Shown piece by piece: positions 27,457-37,509 of a stretch of 64,000 nt of DNA. How positions within the stretch are numbered: position 1 is the first letter of the stretch; every line of letters begins with the position of its first letter. The translations under genes and the position numbers were made by a program. Below the pieces are notes generated by a model. That model saw only the letters and a program-made list of their open reading frames with translations. It searched no databases and was not told the DNA's origin. Source of the DNA: Candidatus Hydrogenedentota bacterium (GTDB lineage Bacteria; Hydrogenedentota; Hydrogenedentia; Hydrogenedentales; SLHB01); NCBI GenBank assembly GCA_963674865.2, contig CAXXYE010000003.1, positions 96,001-160,000 of the forward strand, written 5' to 3'.

Positions 27457-30400
27457 GTGACGATAAGGAAGAAGGCACTGCTTCTCATCGCACTGGTGAC
27501 GCTGGTGCTGGTTGCGGCCCTATACGGCGCGGGCAACCTTCTCATGGCCTCCGGCCTGAAGACCGTTGAGGAGGAGCACAACCGAGAAGTGGTCCTTCAA
27601 GTGGTGGCAATGCTGGAGGATCAGATTGCCACACTCTCCGCCACGGCTGCCGATTGGGGCGTGTGGGACGACGTATACGCGATTGCCGCAGATCCCGACG
27701 AGGCGTGGCTCGCGGCGAACGTCGACGAATCGCACCTGGCGAACCTAGGCCTGAACCTGTGGCTTGTCCTTGACCCTTCCGGTGAACTGGTGTGTGGGAG
27801 GACCCGCGATCTCGAGGGAGGCGAGGAGATCTCCCTCTCGGCCGAACTGCTTGAGGCGATACACGACAGCTCAGTGCTCTGGGATTTCGAGAAGGACGAC
27901 GCCGGCGCGGCGGGACTCATGCCTCTGCGGGAAAGGCCGGCCTTCATCGCGTCACACACTATTCTCACGAGCGAGGGCCGTGGGCCCGTTCGCGGCACAC
28001 TCATTATGGCCCGCTATCTGGATTCGCACAGGATTGTCGAACTCTCCAAGAAGGCACATATGAGCCTTGCGTTGTTACTGTTTTCCGATCCAGGCATGAA
28101 GGAGCTGTTTTCCGACCTCGGAGCCGTCTCTTCGAAGCAGCCCCCGCTTGTCGTTCGCCCTGTGGACAACCGCATGATCGCTACGCACGTGTTGCTAAAC
28201 GATATCAACGGGAATCCTCTCTTCGTGTTGCGTGCTCAACGGCCGCGAAGGATCCTGATGGCGCTGCACGACAAACTCGCCCGTATAGCGCTTCTTCCCG
28301 TGGCGCTGGGCGTATTGTTCGCGGCGCTCACCCTGCTGCTGCTCGAGCGAACGATCATCTCCCGCTTGGCCCGGTTGAGCAGTGCCGTCGCCCGCGTTTC
28401 TGCCAGCGGCGACCTGACGAAGCGTGTGCCCGTTGACGGAGAGGATGAAGTGGCAAGTCTCGCCGGACAGGTCAACCGGCTGCTCGAAGGATTGGAGGAT
28501 TCTGAGGCCGCCCTACGGAATTCAGAGACAACGTTTCGGACATTGTACGAGTCCACGAGCGACGCGGTAATGCTTCTTGATCAAGAGGGCTTCTTCGACT
28601 GTAATACGGCCACGCTCCGTATGTTCGCGTGCGCTTCCCGCGAAGAGTTCTGCACCAGACACCCCGCGGACCTTTCTCCTCCTACCCAACCTGGCGGCCG
28701 CGACTCGCAAAGCCTGGCAGATGAACGCATTGCTACGGCCCTGAAGGAGGGCAGTTGCCGTTTCGACTGGATGCACCGCCGAGCTGACGGCGTCGACTTT
28801 CCTGTTGAAGTGCTCCTTAACGCCATGAGACTTCAGGAAAAAGACGTGCTCCAAGCGGTTGTCCGCGACATATCTCAGCGCAAGCGAACCGAAGAAGAAC
28901 TCCGGCGCGCCAAAGAGGCGGCCGAGGCGGCCGCCGAAGCCAAGTCGCGTTTCCTCGCGAACATGAGCCACGAGATCCGTACGCCCATGAACGGAGTGAT
29001 CGGTATGACGGGGCTGCTGCTCGACACTGACCTCGCTCCCGAACAGCGCCAATATGCCGAGGCCGTCGATAACAGCGCAAATGCGCTGCTCACCATCGTC
29101 AATGACATCCTGGATTTCTCAAAGATCGAAGCGGGGAAACTCGATATCGAGATGCTCGATTTCGATCTCCGCACTGCGCTCGAAGAACTCAACGACATCC
29201 TCGCCGTTAGGCCCCAGGAGAAGGGCTTGGAGTACACCTGCGCCATCAGCCCCGATGTGCCCGCCTTCCTGCGCGGCGACCCCGGCCGGCTGCGCCAGGT
29301 TCTTACCAACCTTATCGGCAATGCCTCCAAATTCACCACCGAGGGGGAGATCAACGTCGAAGTCTCACTCGCAAATGAGTCCGATGCCTCCGCCACGATT
29401 CGCTTTGCCGTGCGAGATACAGGCATGGGCATTTCGACAGAGCAGCTTGAAGGTCTTTTTGAGCCTTTTTCTCAAGCGGATACCTCCGTCACCAGAAAGC
29501 ACGGAGGAACAGGCTTGGGCCTAGCCATCTCGAAACAGCTTGTCGAGATGATGGGCGGCGAGATAGGAGCGACCAGCGAGGTGGGCAAAGGCTCCACATT
29601 CTGGTTCGCTGTCCCCTTCGGCAAACGGAAGGCCGCTTCCGATCCGAAACCGGAGGTCCCTGCGGAGATTCGCGGATGGCGTGTTCTCGTTGTTGATGAC
29701 AACGAAACCAATCGGTTTGTTCTAAGGCAGCAGCTCCTTTCCTGGGGGTGCCGCCTAGACGAGGCTCCGGATGCGCGGACGGCCTTGGCCAAACTGCGGG
29801 AGGCTGTTCAGGAGAGCGATCCCTTCAAGATGGCCATACTCGACATGCAAATGCCCGAGATTAACGGCGAGACCCTCGGGCGAGAGATTCAGAGTGATGA
29901 ATCTCTGCGCGCCACGGCACTTGTCATGATGACCTCTATGGGAAAGCGCGGCGATGCCGCGAGACTCGAAGAGATCGGTTTTGCCGCTTACCTGACAAAG
30001 CCCGTACGCCAGGCGCGCCTGTACGATTGCCTTCTCGCGGTGGCTGGCTCGCAATCCTTGCCTGATCATGTGCGTCCGAGCAGAATCGTCACGCGTTACA
30101 GTGCCGCCGAGGGCAAGAAGCGCCGTGTCCGCATCCTTGTGGCTGAGGACAACGCGACGAACCAGGTCGTCGCCCTCAAGACACTCGAGAAACTCGGCTA
30201 CCGTGCCGATGCCGTAGCCAACGGCCTCGAAGCCATCAAAGCCCTGAGCGAGATTCCTTACGACCTTGTGCTGATGGATATCCAGATGCCCGAGATGGAC
30301 GGCCTTGAGGCCACTCGGAAGATTCGCCACGCCCAGTCTCCGGCCCTGAATCCTAACGTGCCCATCGTGGCGATGACTGCTCATGCTATGGAAGATGATC

Positions 30401-30903
30401 GCGACAAGTGCCTCCAGGTAGGCATGGACGGTTACATCACCAAGCCTTTGCAGCACGGCGAACTGGCCCGCGCAGTCGAAAGCCACGCGACCCGAGGCTT
30501 TTCCGCTGAACCTGCGGCGTCTCCTGCCGCGGCCGCACCCGTCTTCAGGAAGGATGAGTTGCTCCGGCGCCTTGGGGGAGACCAAGAGGGCCTGGATATT
30601 GTTCTGGGCGTGTTTCTTGAGGATACGCCAAAGCAACTAGGTTTGTTGACGGCAGCACTGGCGAGGAAGGACGTTGCCGAACTCCGACGGATCGCCCACT
30701 CGCTGAAAGGGGCGACGGGGAATCTTGGGGCGCCCGCCATGCAAGAGGCGGCCCTCCAAGTCGAAACGCTTGCGGCGAGCGGGAATCTCGCCAAGGCAGA
30801 AGAAAAAGTCTCGAAGATTCTCGGCGAATTCGAGAAGCTGCGGCCTGTCCTCGAGCGTCAGCGCGCCGGGCAGTCCTCTGCGGTATGCGAGGGACAATCA
30901 TGA
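27457..30903 (+). CDS. Membrane-bound hybrid histidine kinase TM-CHASE4-TM-HAMP-PAS-HisKA-HATPase-REC-REC-HPt
   Basis: Two hydrophobic helices; CHASE4-like [10 protein letters not shown]-box [15 protein letters not shown]; two REC domains; HPt [17 protein letters not shown] before GTG. Confidence 0.92.
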   Translation: MTIRKKALLLIALVTLVLVAALYGAGNLLMASGLKTVEEEHNREVVLQVVAMLEDQIATLSATAADWGVWDDVYAIAADPDEAWLAANVDESHLANLGLNLWLVLDPSGELVCGRTRDLEGGEEISLSAELLEAIHDSSVLWDFEKDDAGAAGLMPLRERPAFIASHTILTSEGRGPVRGTLIMARYLDSHRIVELSKKAHMSLALLLFSDPGMKELFSDLGAVSSKQPPLVVRPVDNRMIATHVLLNDINGNPLFVLRAQRPRRILMALHDKLARIALLPVALGVLFAALTLLLLERTIISRLARLSSAVARVSASGDLTKRVPVDGEDEVASLAGQVNRLLEGLEDSEAALRNSETTFRTLYESTSDAVMLLDQEGFFDCNTATLRMFACASREEFCTRHPADLSPPTQPGGRDSQSLADERIATALKEGSCRFDWMHRRADGVDFPVEVLLNAMRLQEKDVLQAVVRDISQRKRTEEELRRAKEAAEAAAEAKSRFLANMSHEIRTPMNGVIGMTGLLLDTDLAPEQRQYAEAVDNSANALLTIVNDILDFSKIEAGKLDIEMLDFDLRTALEELNDILAVRPQEKGLEYTCAISPDVPAFLRGDPGRLRQVLTNLIGNASKFTTEGEINVEVSLANESDASATIRFAVRDTGMGISTEQLEGLFEPFSQADTSVTRKHGGTGLGLAISKQLVEMMGGEIGATSEVGKGSTFWFAVPFGKRKAASDPKPEVPAEIRGWRVLVVDDNETNRFVLRQQLLSWGCRLDEAPDARTALAKLREAVQESDPFKMAILDMQMPEINGETLGREIQSDESLRATALVMMTSMGKRGDAARLEEIGFAAYLTKPVRQARLYDCLLAVAGSQSLPDHVRPSRIVTRYSAAEGKKRRVRILVAEDNATNQVVALKTLEKLGYRADAVANGLEAIKALSEIPYDLVLMDIQMPEMDGLEATRKIRHAQSPALNPNVPIVAMTAHAMEDDRDKCLQVGMDGYITKPLQHGELARAVESHATRGFSAEPAASPAAAAPVFRKDELLRRLGGDQEGLDIVLGVFLEDTPKQLGLLTAALARKDVAELRRIAHSLKGATGNLGAPAMQEAALQVETLAASGNLAKAEEKVSKILGEFEKLRPVLERQRAGQSSAVCEGQS

Positions 30904-31499
30904 AGGCACTAATAGCCGAAGATGACACGACGTCGCGTGTCTTGCTGAAGGCCATGTTGACCAAGTGGGGCTATGATGTGACCGAGACATCCGATGGGCT
31001 TGAAGCCTGGGAGGCGCTCCAACGGGACGACGCCCCGAAGCTTGTCATTCTGGACTGGATGATGCCCGGCATGGACGGCGCCGAAATCTGTCGCAAGGTG
31101 CGCGAGCTAGACAGATTGCATCCCCCTTATATCATGCTCCTTACCGCTCTTGGGCAGAAAGAAGACATTGTTACCGGCCTGAACGCCGGCGCAGACGACT
31201 ATCTCACCAAGCCCTTTGACAAAGATGAACTAAGGGCTCGAATCCAAGTGGGGCAACGCGTTTTGGAACTACAGGACGCTTTGCACCAACACATTCACGA
31301 GCTTCAGGAAGCCCTTGAGCACGTCAGGACCCTCCAAGGCATCCTGCCCATTTGCATGCACTGCCATAAGATTCGCAACGACCAGAAATCATGGCAGCGC
31401 ATCGAAAGCTACGTCGAGGCCCATTCGGACGCCCAGTTCAGCCACGGCCTCTGCCCGGAGTGCCTTGAGAAGTACTATCCGGAACTCGAAGAAGAGTAG
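30900..31499 (+). CDS. Response regulator with a C-terminal Cys/His-motif domain
   Basis: LIAEDD, ILDWMMP, YLTKPF; C-terminus [13 protein letters not shown]...W..IESY...[16 protein letters not shown] overlap with the previous gene. Confidence 0.88.
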   Translation: MKALIAEDDTTSRVLLKAMLTKWGYDVTETSDGLEAWEALQRDDAPKLVILDWMMPGMDGAEICRKVRELDRLHPPYIMLLTALGQKEDIVTGLNAGADDYLTKPFDKDELRARIQVGQRVLELQDALHQHIHELQEALEHVRTLQGILPICMHCHKIRNDQKSWQRIESYVEAHSDAQFSHGLCPECLEKYYPELEEE

Positions 31500-31594
31500 C
31501 GCACGAAGGCAGCTACGCCCGTGCTCCCCTCGCCCCATTTCATCGCACGACAGAACGTATTTATCCCCCGATGGTGTTCCTTATTCAACATGAA

Positions 31595-31670
31595 TGGCAG
31601 CCCGTAGGGGATTCGAACCCCTGTGACAGGACTGAGAATCCTGCATCCTAAACCACTAGATGAACGGGCC
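31595..31670 (-). tRNA. tRNA-Glu (anticodon CTC)
   Basis: Reverse complement GGCCCGTTCATCTAGTGG...GCAGGA-TTCTCAG-TCCTGT...GGTTCGAATCC...ACGGGCTGCCA; acceptor stem, T-loop and encoded CCA all present. Confidence 0.96.
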
Positions 31671-31685
31671 GTTGTCGAGCAAGAA

Positions 31686-31761
31686 TGGCTGCCGGACCAG
31701 GGCTCGAACCTGGAATCTCCTGATCCAGAGTCAGGCGCCTTACCAATTTGGCTATCCGGCA
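31686..31761 (-). tRNA. tRNA-Gln (anticodon CTG)
   Basis: Reverse complement TGCCGGATAGCCAAATTGG...CCTGA-CTCTGGA-TCAGG...GGTTCGAGCC...TCCGGCAGCCA. Confidence 0.96.
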
Positions 31762-31775
31762 GAACTCGCCGAGAT

Positions 31776-31803
31776 ATTATCGAATCCACATTGTGGGTGT
31801 CAA
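31776..31803 (-). promoter_or_regulatory. Sigma70-type promoter for the tRNA-Gln/tRNA-Glu pair
   Basis: TTGACA (31803-31798), 16-nt spacer, GATAAT (31781-31776), ending 14 nt upstream of tRNA-Gln. Confidence 0.7.
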
Positions 31804-31845
31804 ATCGCCTGTCAAGTCATGGCTGGTCCGCGGCCGTGCCTTCCG

Positions 31846-33378
31846 TTACGATGACTCTTCCGCTTCCGGCTCATCGGACGCCACGAACGCAAACAGGTCA
31901 CCATTCTTGAACTGAAACTCCAGGCGGATAAGTCTGCCCGCGAGGTCGCGTGAAGCTGCAGCCTGCCAGGCCACCTTCTGGCGCATTGCGTCGCCCTTGA
32001 GGGGCTCGCACGCCTCATAGCCGTATCCCTCCAGCGGCTCACGATAGATATCCGTCACTTGGACGCGCATTTCACCTCTCGCGACGTCGGCATTCACCAA
32101 CAGATCGCCGCCGGGCCACAAGAGCGGGCGTGTGACAACCGTGCTCATCTGGCCTCGCTCGTCGGCCTGGATGGCCACGAGCCGCTCCTTGCCGAACTTC
32201 AGGAGGCCGAGGCCCGCCTGCCGATCCCGCACGTCATGAAATCCGTCGTATGCGGAGTAGTAGAGCCACCACTCATTGCCATGCTCGATGACTCTGTCGC
32301 CGCTGAACGTCATGCCGTCATCCCAGGCGCCTTCCTGCCCGATGGGGATGATTCGCGGGCGGCCCGGCACGTGGTGCCATTCGAATCCATCGCGACTGTG
32401 AACCAGCTCCACCTCGATGGATTGGGGCGTCTCCGCAAATTGAAGCAGCATGCCCCAGTAGACGCCGCCATAGAGAAATGTCGGCATGCCGTAGAACCGG
32501 CCCGCGTCATCGCGATCCGGCAGAAGCACCGTCGTTGGCATCGCGCCCCACAAGGCCCATAGCTCCGAGCTGGATAGGCGCGCCATCATGCGCGTGTTGC
32601 CCTTCTTCGGATCGCCCTTCGGCGCCTCGAAGATCCGCCGGTTCCTGAAGAAAGTGACGAACTCCTTCCTAGCCTCGTCATAAACGATGGTGTGGTAACA
32701 GTCGATGCGGTGATCCAGGATCATCTCCTGGCGCTCCTGCCAGTGGATGCCGTCCTCCGACGTGGCGAGGTAGTGTTTGGCATCCCCGTAGTACATGACA
32801 AAGCGGTGTCCTCGGAGGCAATCGGCTGGCACGGCTCCTAGGTTTTGTATCCGCCCGCCACGCGGTGCGTCGGCGACGAGAACGTGGGGAACATGCGCCT
32901 CACTTTCCCCCAGGATAACGATATTTGTCCTCTCGTGAGTCCCCCAAGGATGGATATCCATCAGAGGCTTTTCCCAATGGACGCCATCCGCTGATTCAGC
33001 GTAGCAGATGATGTAGCGCTGCGAGGGATAGCCCGGCTCGCCTTTGTTTGCGTTCCAGACTTGGTAGTAGAGGCGAAACCGGCTCGCTTCAGCATCGTAC
33101 ACGACGGAGGGATAGCCGATGCCGCGCGAGTCCCACGGCCAGTCAGGATTGCCCGTAAGCACCGGCTCCGGCAAGCGCTTCGGCTGCATTAGCACGTGGC
33201 CTACGCGCGCCGAGATGAACTCCTCGTTATAGCGGTTTTCTACGAGATAGTCGTCGACGAACATCTGCGGCTCGTTGAGCCGGATCACCCGATACGTTTC
33301 GGGCGCGAGTCCTTCTGGTATCTCGGCCTCGGCGGCGCACAGGGCACTCAATACCGGAATAACGGCCAGCGCACTCAT
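31846..33378 (-). CDS. Uncharacterised secreted beta-propeller glycoside-hydrolase-like protein (GH32/43/130-like fold)
   Basis: Signal-peptide-like N-terminus; repeated Asp-box-like motifs YAESADGVHW, ATSEDGIHW, HSRDGFEW; WD.G and WWLYYS blade motifs. Confidence 0.65.
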   Translation of the reverse strand: MSALAVIPVLSALCAAEAEIPEGLAPETYRVIRLNEPQMFVDDYLVENRYNEEFISARVGHVLMQPKRLPEPVLTGNPDWPWDSRGIGYPSVVYDAEASRFRLYYQVWNANKGEPGYPSQRYIICYAESADGVHWEKPLMDIHPWGTHERTNIVILGESEAHVPHVLVADAPRGGRIQNLGAVPADCLRGHRFVMYYGDAKHYLATSEDGIHWQERQEMILDHRIDCYHTIVYDEARKEFVTFFRNRRIFEAPKGDPKKGNTRMMARLSSSELWALWGAMPTTVLLPDRDDAGRFYGMPTFLYGGVYWGMLLQFAETPQSIEVELVHSRDGFEWHHVPGRPRIIPIGQEGAWDDGMTFSGDRVIEHGNEWWLYYSAYDGFHDVRDRQAGLGLLKFGKERLVAIQADERGQMSTVVTRPLLWPGGDLLVNADVARGEMRVQVTDIYREPLEGYGYEACEPLKGDAMRQKVAWQAAASRDLAGRLIRLEFQFKNGDLFAFVASDEPEAEESS

Positions 33379-33422
33379 TGTCCTGCCCTCTCTAGTCAGT
33401 CCCTATGTCCGCGATCGCCGGT

Positions 33423-34979
33423 TTACATATCGCCACGTTCACGCATGCGCCGGACATAGTCCTTTGTTTCGTGAGCGACAACGCCCGAGAGTCCGAGAAG
33501 AGCGATCAGGTTGGGAACTGCCATTAACGCGTTAAGGTTGTCGGCGATCGTCCAGACGAGATCCAGCCCGCTAACCGTGCCGATGATAACGAAGAGGCAG
33601 AAGACGAGCCGGTAAGGCTTTACGGCCCAAGGCCCCAGCAGGTACTCCCAGCAGCGATCCCCGTAATACGACCACGAGATCATCGTCGAGTACGCAAAGA
33701 AGACAATGCCCAGCGCCACAATCCATTGGCCTACGCGGCCGAGGCCCTCCTCGAAGGCGGAGGCGGTTAGTGCGGCGCCTGTCGGGACGGGATAGTATTC
33801 CCCGGCCTTGTCTCTGAAGGGCGCGCCCTCCTCACCGACGTGCCCGACCACTTGCATCCCCTGGCCGTCAACTTCCGCGCGAACCGACACGCCCTGGCCG
33901 CCGGGACCGTACAAGAGCGCGCCGTCCTCTGCGTGTACTTGCCACGTTCCCGTCACCACGATGACAAGGGCTGTCATCGTGCAGACGACGAGCGTATCGA
34001 CGAACGGGCCCAGCATGGCCACGAAGCCCTCGCGGATCATCTCCGTCGTCTTGGCGGCCGCATGCGCCATCGGCGCCGAGCCAAGCCCCGACTCGTTGCT
34101 GAATACGCCGCGGGCGACGCCCTTCTGCACGGTGCGCTGCATGACAATCCCGACGAACCCGCCGCCCGCCGCCATGGGCGTGAAAGCGTAGCGGAAGATC
34201 TGGGCCAGCGCGCCGGGCACGGCAGGTGCGAACCGCACCAGAACGATCAGTGCGCCCAGGATGTAAAAGGCACACATGAAAGGCACAATGTGTGCAGCCA
34301 CTCGGGCGATTCGTCGGATGCCTCCGAGGATGACAAGTCCGACCAACACGGCCAGCACCACGCCGATGACCGGCTTGAGCAGAACCGTGCCGCCGGCCAA
34401 GGGGAGCGTCTCCGGCAGGCGAGGGCCGTGGAAGCCGGCCGGTATAAGGCTCAACAAGGCGTCAGTGACGGAGTTGGACTGTACGGCACACCCGATGCCG
34501 AAGGAGGCGAGCCCCGCGAACAGCGCGAACAGGACGCCAAGCCACTTCTGTCCAAGCCCTAGACTCAGGTAGTACATCGGGCCGCCCGAGGCGCTGCCGT
34601 CGTCATGGATCATCCGGTACCGCAAAGCCAGCGAGCAGCTTGTGAATTTCGTGGCCATACCGACCAGCGCCGTTACCCACATCCAAAACACCGCCCCGGG
34701 GCCTCCCAAAGCGATAGCCGTCGCCACGCCCGCAATGTTGCCGGTGCCTATTGTGGCCGACAGGGCCGCGGCCAGCGCCTGGAAGTGCGAAATCTCGCCT
34801 TCCTCCGTGGGATCGTCATAGCCGCCCCAGATGCACTTCAAGCTATGGCCCAGGTATCGGAGTTGGACGAAGCGGAGGCGAACGGTGAGGTAGAGTCCCG
34901 TGCCGACGAGGAGCAGGATCATGATCGGACCCCACACCAGGCCGTTCATCCGTGCCATGAGGTCGGGGAACGATGTCAT
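33423..34979 (-). CDS. Alanine/glycine:cation symporter (AGCS family)
   Basis: ATIGTGNIAGVATAIALGGPGAVFWMW, GGPMYYL, VQSNS, RGVFSNESGLGS, DTLVVCTMT, FAYSTMISWSYYG; RBS AAGGAG before ATG 34979. Confidence 0.93.
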   Translation of the reverse strand: MTSFPDLMARMNGLVWGPIMILLLVGTGLYLTVRLRFVQLRYLGHSLKCIWGGYDDPTEEGEISHFQALAAALSATIGTGNIAGVATAIALGGPGAVFWMWVTALVGMATKFTSCSLALRYRMIHDDGSASGGPMYYLSLGLGQKWLGVLFALFAGLASFGIGCAVQSNSVTDALLSLIPAGFHGPRLPETLPLAGGTVLLKPVIGVVLAVLVGLVILGGIRRIARVAAHIVPFMCAFYILGALIVLVRFAPAVPGALAQIFRYAFTPMAAGGGFVGIVMQRTVQKGVARGVFSNESGLGSAPMAHAAAKTTEMIREGFVAMLGPFVDTLVVCTMTALVIVVTGTWQVHAEDGALLYGPGGQGVSVRAEVDGQGMQVVGHVGEEGAPFRDKAGEYYPVPTGAALTASAFEEGLGRVGQWIVALGIVFFAYSTMISWSYYGDRCWEYLLGPWAVKPYRLVFCLFVIIGTVSGLDLVWTIADNLNALMAVPNLIALLGLSGVVAHETKDYVRRMRERGDM

Positions 34980-35459
34980 GCCGGTTGGCTCCTTCCGCGC
35001 GTTGCACGTATTGCAGGCTATGGTAACGTGTTGCCCTAATCGAGGCAAACGGCAATCGCCGAATGACTGAGAGCCCGCGAAGGAATATCGGAGGAAGAGG
35101 GACACACTCGCCGCTCTCAAAGACCGGCGAGCGATCTCACAATTGGCCCTGCGTGCGGTGCAATTGGCAACTCGGCCACCGGGCGAATCCGCCGGAAGTC
35201 TTGAATGGCCGGCACTGAGCTGCTAGTGTTCTGACACATCATTGACATCACCTACTTGCACAGCAAGACCCGCCCAAGGTGTGCTGGAGCATGGAGATCC
35301 GGGTGCGCTTCGACGTCCCGACCTCAGCAGGCGCCCCGGACATGGCTTGGCAGCCCGGGAGAAGCGTCTTCGAGTACTCAGACTGTGGCAGAATATTCGT
35401 GAGCGTGTGCAGCGTCTTGTGATTTCCAAAGCATTAGAACGTCCGCCGGCCTATCCCGG

Positions 35460-36647
35460 ATGGACAGTGCGAGGCCCCTCCCAGTGACTGTGTTTTCCCA
35501 GCTCAAGACCGCGACAAGGATAGCCCGTCTTGTCGCGACCTCGAAACAGACGTTGTCATTGGCCTATCTGATTACCATGCGCTGCAATGCGCGATGCAAA
35601 ATGTGCCTTTGGTGGCGAGAGGTCTACGGAGAGAGCCGGCAACACGATAACGAATTATCGCTAGAGCAAATCGACGCGTTTTCACGAAGCGTGGGGCCGC
35701 AAGTGAGGATCGAAGTAACCGGCGGCGAACCCTTCCTTCGCAAAGACATAGAGGACGCGCTCCTCATTCTAGGCCACAACTGCCGCCCTGTGGTGTATAC
35801 CATTAGCACCAATGGAAGCCTTACCGAGCGTATCGTCAAAGCTACGCGAGCGCTGTGCAAGGCCGTTCCGGATACGCATGTGCGCGTCAATATCTCTTTG
35901 GACGGCGTCGAAGACACCCATGATGAAATACGCAATTTCCCAGGTCTTTACCAGAGAGCCCGCGGGACCTTCCGCGAACTTCGCGCCCTGCGCGGCGAAT
36001 ACCCAAATCTCACCGCCAATGTCACCACGGTGCTCTCCGGCTACAATCATCACAACATCAGCGAGATTCTCGATGGCCTGCGCCGTGATATGCGCCCCGA
36101 TCGTTTAGGGATTATGCTGGCGCGTGGCCACACTCCCGAGGAGAAAGCGAAGTCTGTTTCGCTCGACGAATACGCTCGCGTTTTGGAGGAAAACCGGCGG
36201 GGGGCGATGTCGCCGGAAGAGCGCCCCCATTATCTCAGCCGCCTCGGACAAGCTCTCGATAGCGAGCTGACCAAAGTCATCCTGCACAACGCCCGTCACC
36301 AATGCCAGGCTATCCCCTGCCTGGGTGGTATCAAGCATGTCATGGTCATGGCCGACGGAACGCTCCTCCCGTGCGATGTCCTGGGGCCGTTCCTCGAGGA
36401 GCATCCCTGCAAGGCCCTTCCGGATCCTATCATGGCTCGCCTTGAAGACTACGACTACTCCATTCCCAAAGCGCTCGAATCCACACGGGCGCGAAAAGTG
36501 CAGGGCTTCATCCGGGGGGGCGGTTGTTGGTGTACGTCCGATTGTGGAGTTCTGCCCAGTCTCATGCTGAACCCGAAGCTATATCCAACGCTCGCATGGG
36601 CGGGAATGCGCTGCGCCTTGCGAAGTCTTCGGACGACGTCCCGTTAG
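35460..36647 (+). CDS. Radical SAM enzyme with a C-terminal SPASM/Twitch-like Cys domain
   Basis: CNARCKMC (CxxxCxxC), TGGEPFLR, STNG, ISLDG; C-terminal C..G...V..DG.LLPC and CWCTSDC. Start position uncertain. Confidence 0.88.
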   Translation: MDSARPLPVTVFSQLKTATRIARLVATSKQTLSLAYLITMRCNARCKMCLWWREVYGESRQHDNELSLEQIDAFSRSVGPQVRIEVTGGEPFLRKDIEDALLILGHNCRPVVYTISTNGSLTERIVKATRALCKAVPDTHVRVNISLDGVEDTHDEIRNFPGLYQRARGTFRELRALRGEYPNLTANVTTVLSGYNHHNISEILDGLRRDMRPDRLGIMLARGHTPEEKAKSVSLDEYARVLEENRRGAMSPEERPHYLSRLGQALDSELTKVILHNARHQCQAIPCLGGIKHVMVMADGTLLPCDVLGPFLEEHPCKALPDPIMARLEDYDYSIPKALESTRARKVQGFIRGGGCWCTSDCGVLPSLMLNPKLYPTLAWAGMRCALRSLRTTSR

Positions 36648-36923
36648 TACAAGGGCTCAACGGTTGGATGGTGCATTGGCCCTGCCATGGCGCGGCACCG
36701 TAGAGTCCTTCCTGCCGCTGCTTCCCACCATTGCCAATTCCACCCCGAGTTATGGCAAGATAGAGGTCAGCTGGCAGGTGGTCAAGGCGGTGGATAGGCC
36801 CCTCGCCTTCGAGCCGGCCCGCCGCCGCCGGAGACCTAGCGGCGACGTAAGCGCGTGTGGGCATTTTGGGGAATCCGGCTCTTGCCGGATCGAAACATCG
36901 ATGCGTGGAGAAGGAAGAAGAAT

Positions 36924-37475
36924 ATGAGATTCAGGCTTATTCCGGTGCTTGGGGCTGCTTTGGTTGTATCGGTGCTGACGCTGTCAAACGTCTCCTCGAC
37001 ATTTGCTCAGAGGGAAGGCGCGGACTACAAGATCGGGATCGTCGATCTGCAGCAGGTGATGAACAGCTATGACAAGCAGACTCAGAAGAGCGAGGAGTTC
37101 AACAAGGAAGCCGAGAAGCAGCGGGAAGAAATCAAGAAGCTCAAAGAGAATTTCAAGGAAGAACTGACCCAGTTCTCCGAAGAGCAAGCGGAATTGAGTG
37201 AAGCCGACCGCAGCGAACGGGAAGCGGAACTCGACCGGAGGGCGTGGGAACTCGAGGGTGAGGAACGCCAGGTTGAGGCCAATCTTGCGCGCAAGTACCG
37301 GCGCCTCAAAGAAGAGTTGCTCAAAGACATCGTGAAGGCCGTCGACGAAATCGGCAGCAGAGACAACTACCACCTGATCCTGGAGGCGGATCCGGAGACC
37401 CGGACGGGCGTGCTGTATTTCACGCCGACCATCAATATGACCGCCAAGGTGATCGACCTGCTTAACAAGACGTGA
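36924..37475 (+). CDS. skp: OmpH/Skp periplasmic outer-membrane-protein chaperone
   Basis: Signal peptide, KIGIVDLQQV, long charged coiled coil, YHLILE, NMT.KVI.LLN; ATG at 36924 after a purine-rich RBS. Confidence 0.85.
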   Translation: MRFRLIPVLGAALVVSVLTLSNVSSTFAQREGADYKIGIVDLQQVMNSYDKQTQKSEEFNKEAEKQREEIKKLKENFKEELTQFSEEQAELSEADRSEREAELDRRAWELEGEERQVEANLARKYRRLKEELLKDIVKAVDEIGSRDNYHLILEADPETRTGVLYFTPTINMTAKVIDLLNKT

Positions 37476-37509
37476 TCACGCACAACGTGCGATGAGGATC
37501 GCGGGCAGG

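Noticed and set aside
31345..31370. CxxCH (CMHCH) heme c motif in the terminal response regulator
   Set aside because: The protein has no export signal and has a second CxxC pair, so a cytoplasmic metal knuckle is more likely than covalent heme.
2200..31670. Signalling island as a tRNA-integrated mobile genomic island (it ends ~95 bp from the tRNA-Glu 3' end)
   Set aside because: No integrase, no duplicated tRNA 3' end (att site) seen at the left boundary, and no obvious compositional shift.
34980..35230. Glycine riboswitch upstream of the AGCS symporter
   Set aside because: Expected for this family, but only a partial CTCTCAG is present on the coding strand; the GGAGA, CCGAAG and CTCTCAGG elements are not there in the right order. 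An Rfam scan would settle it.
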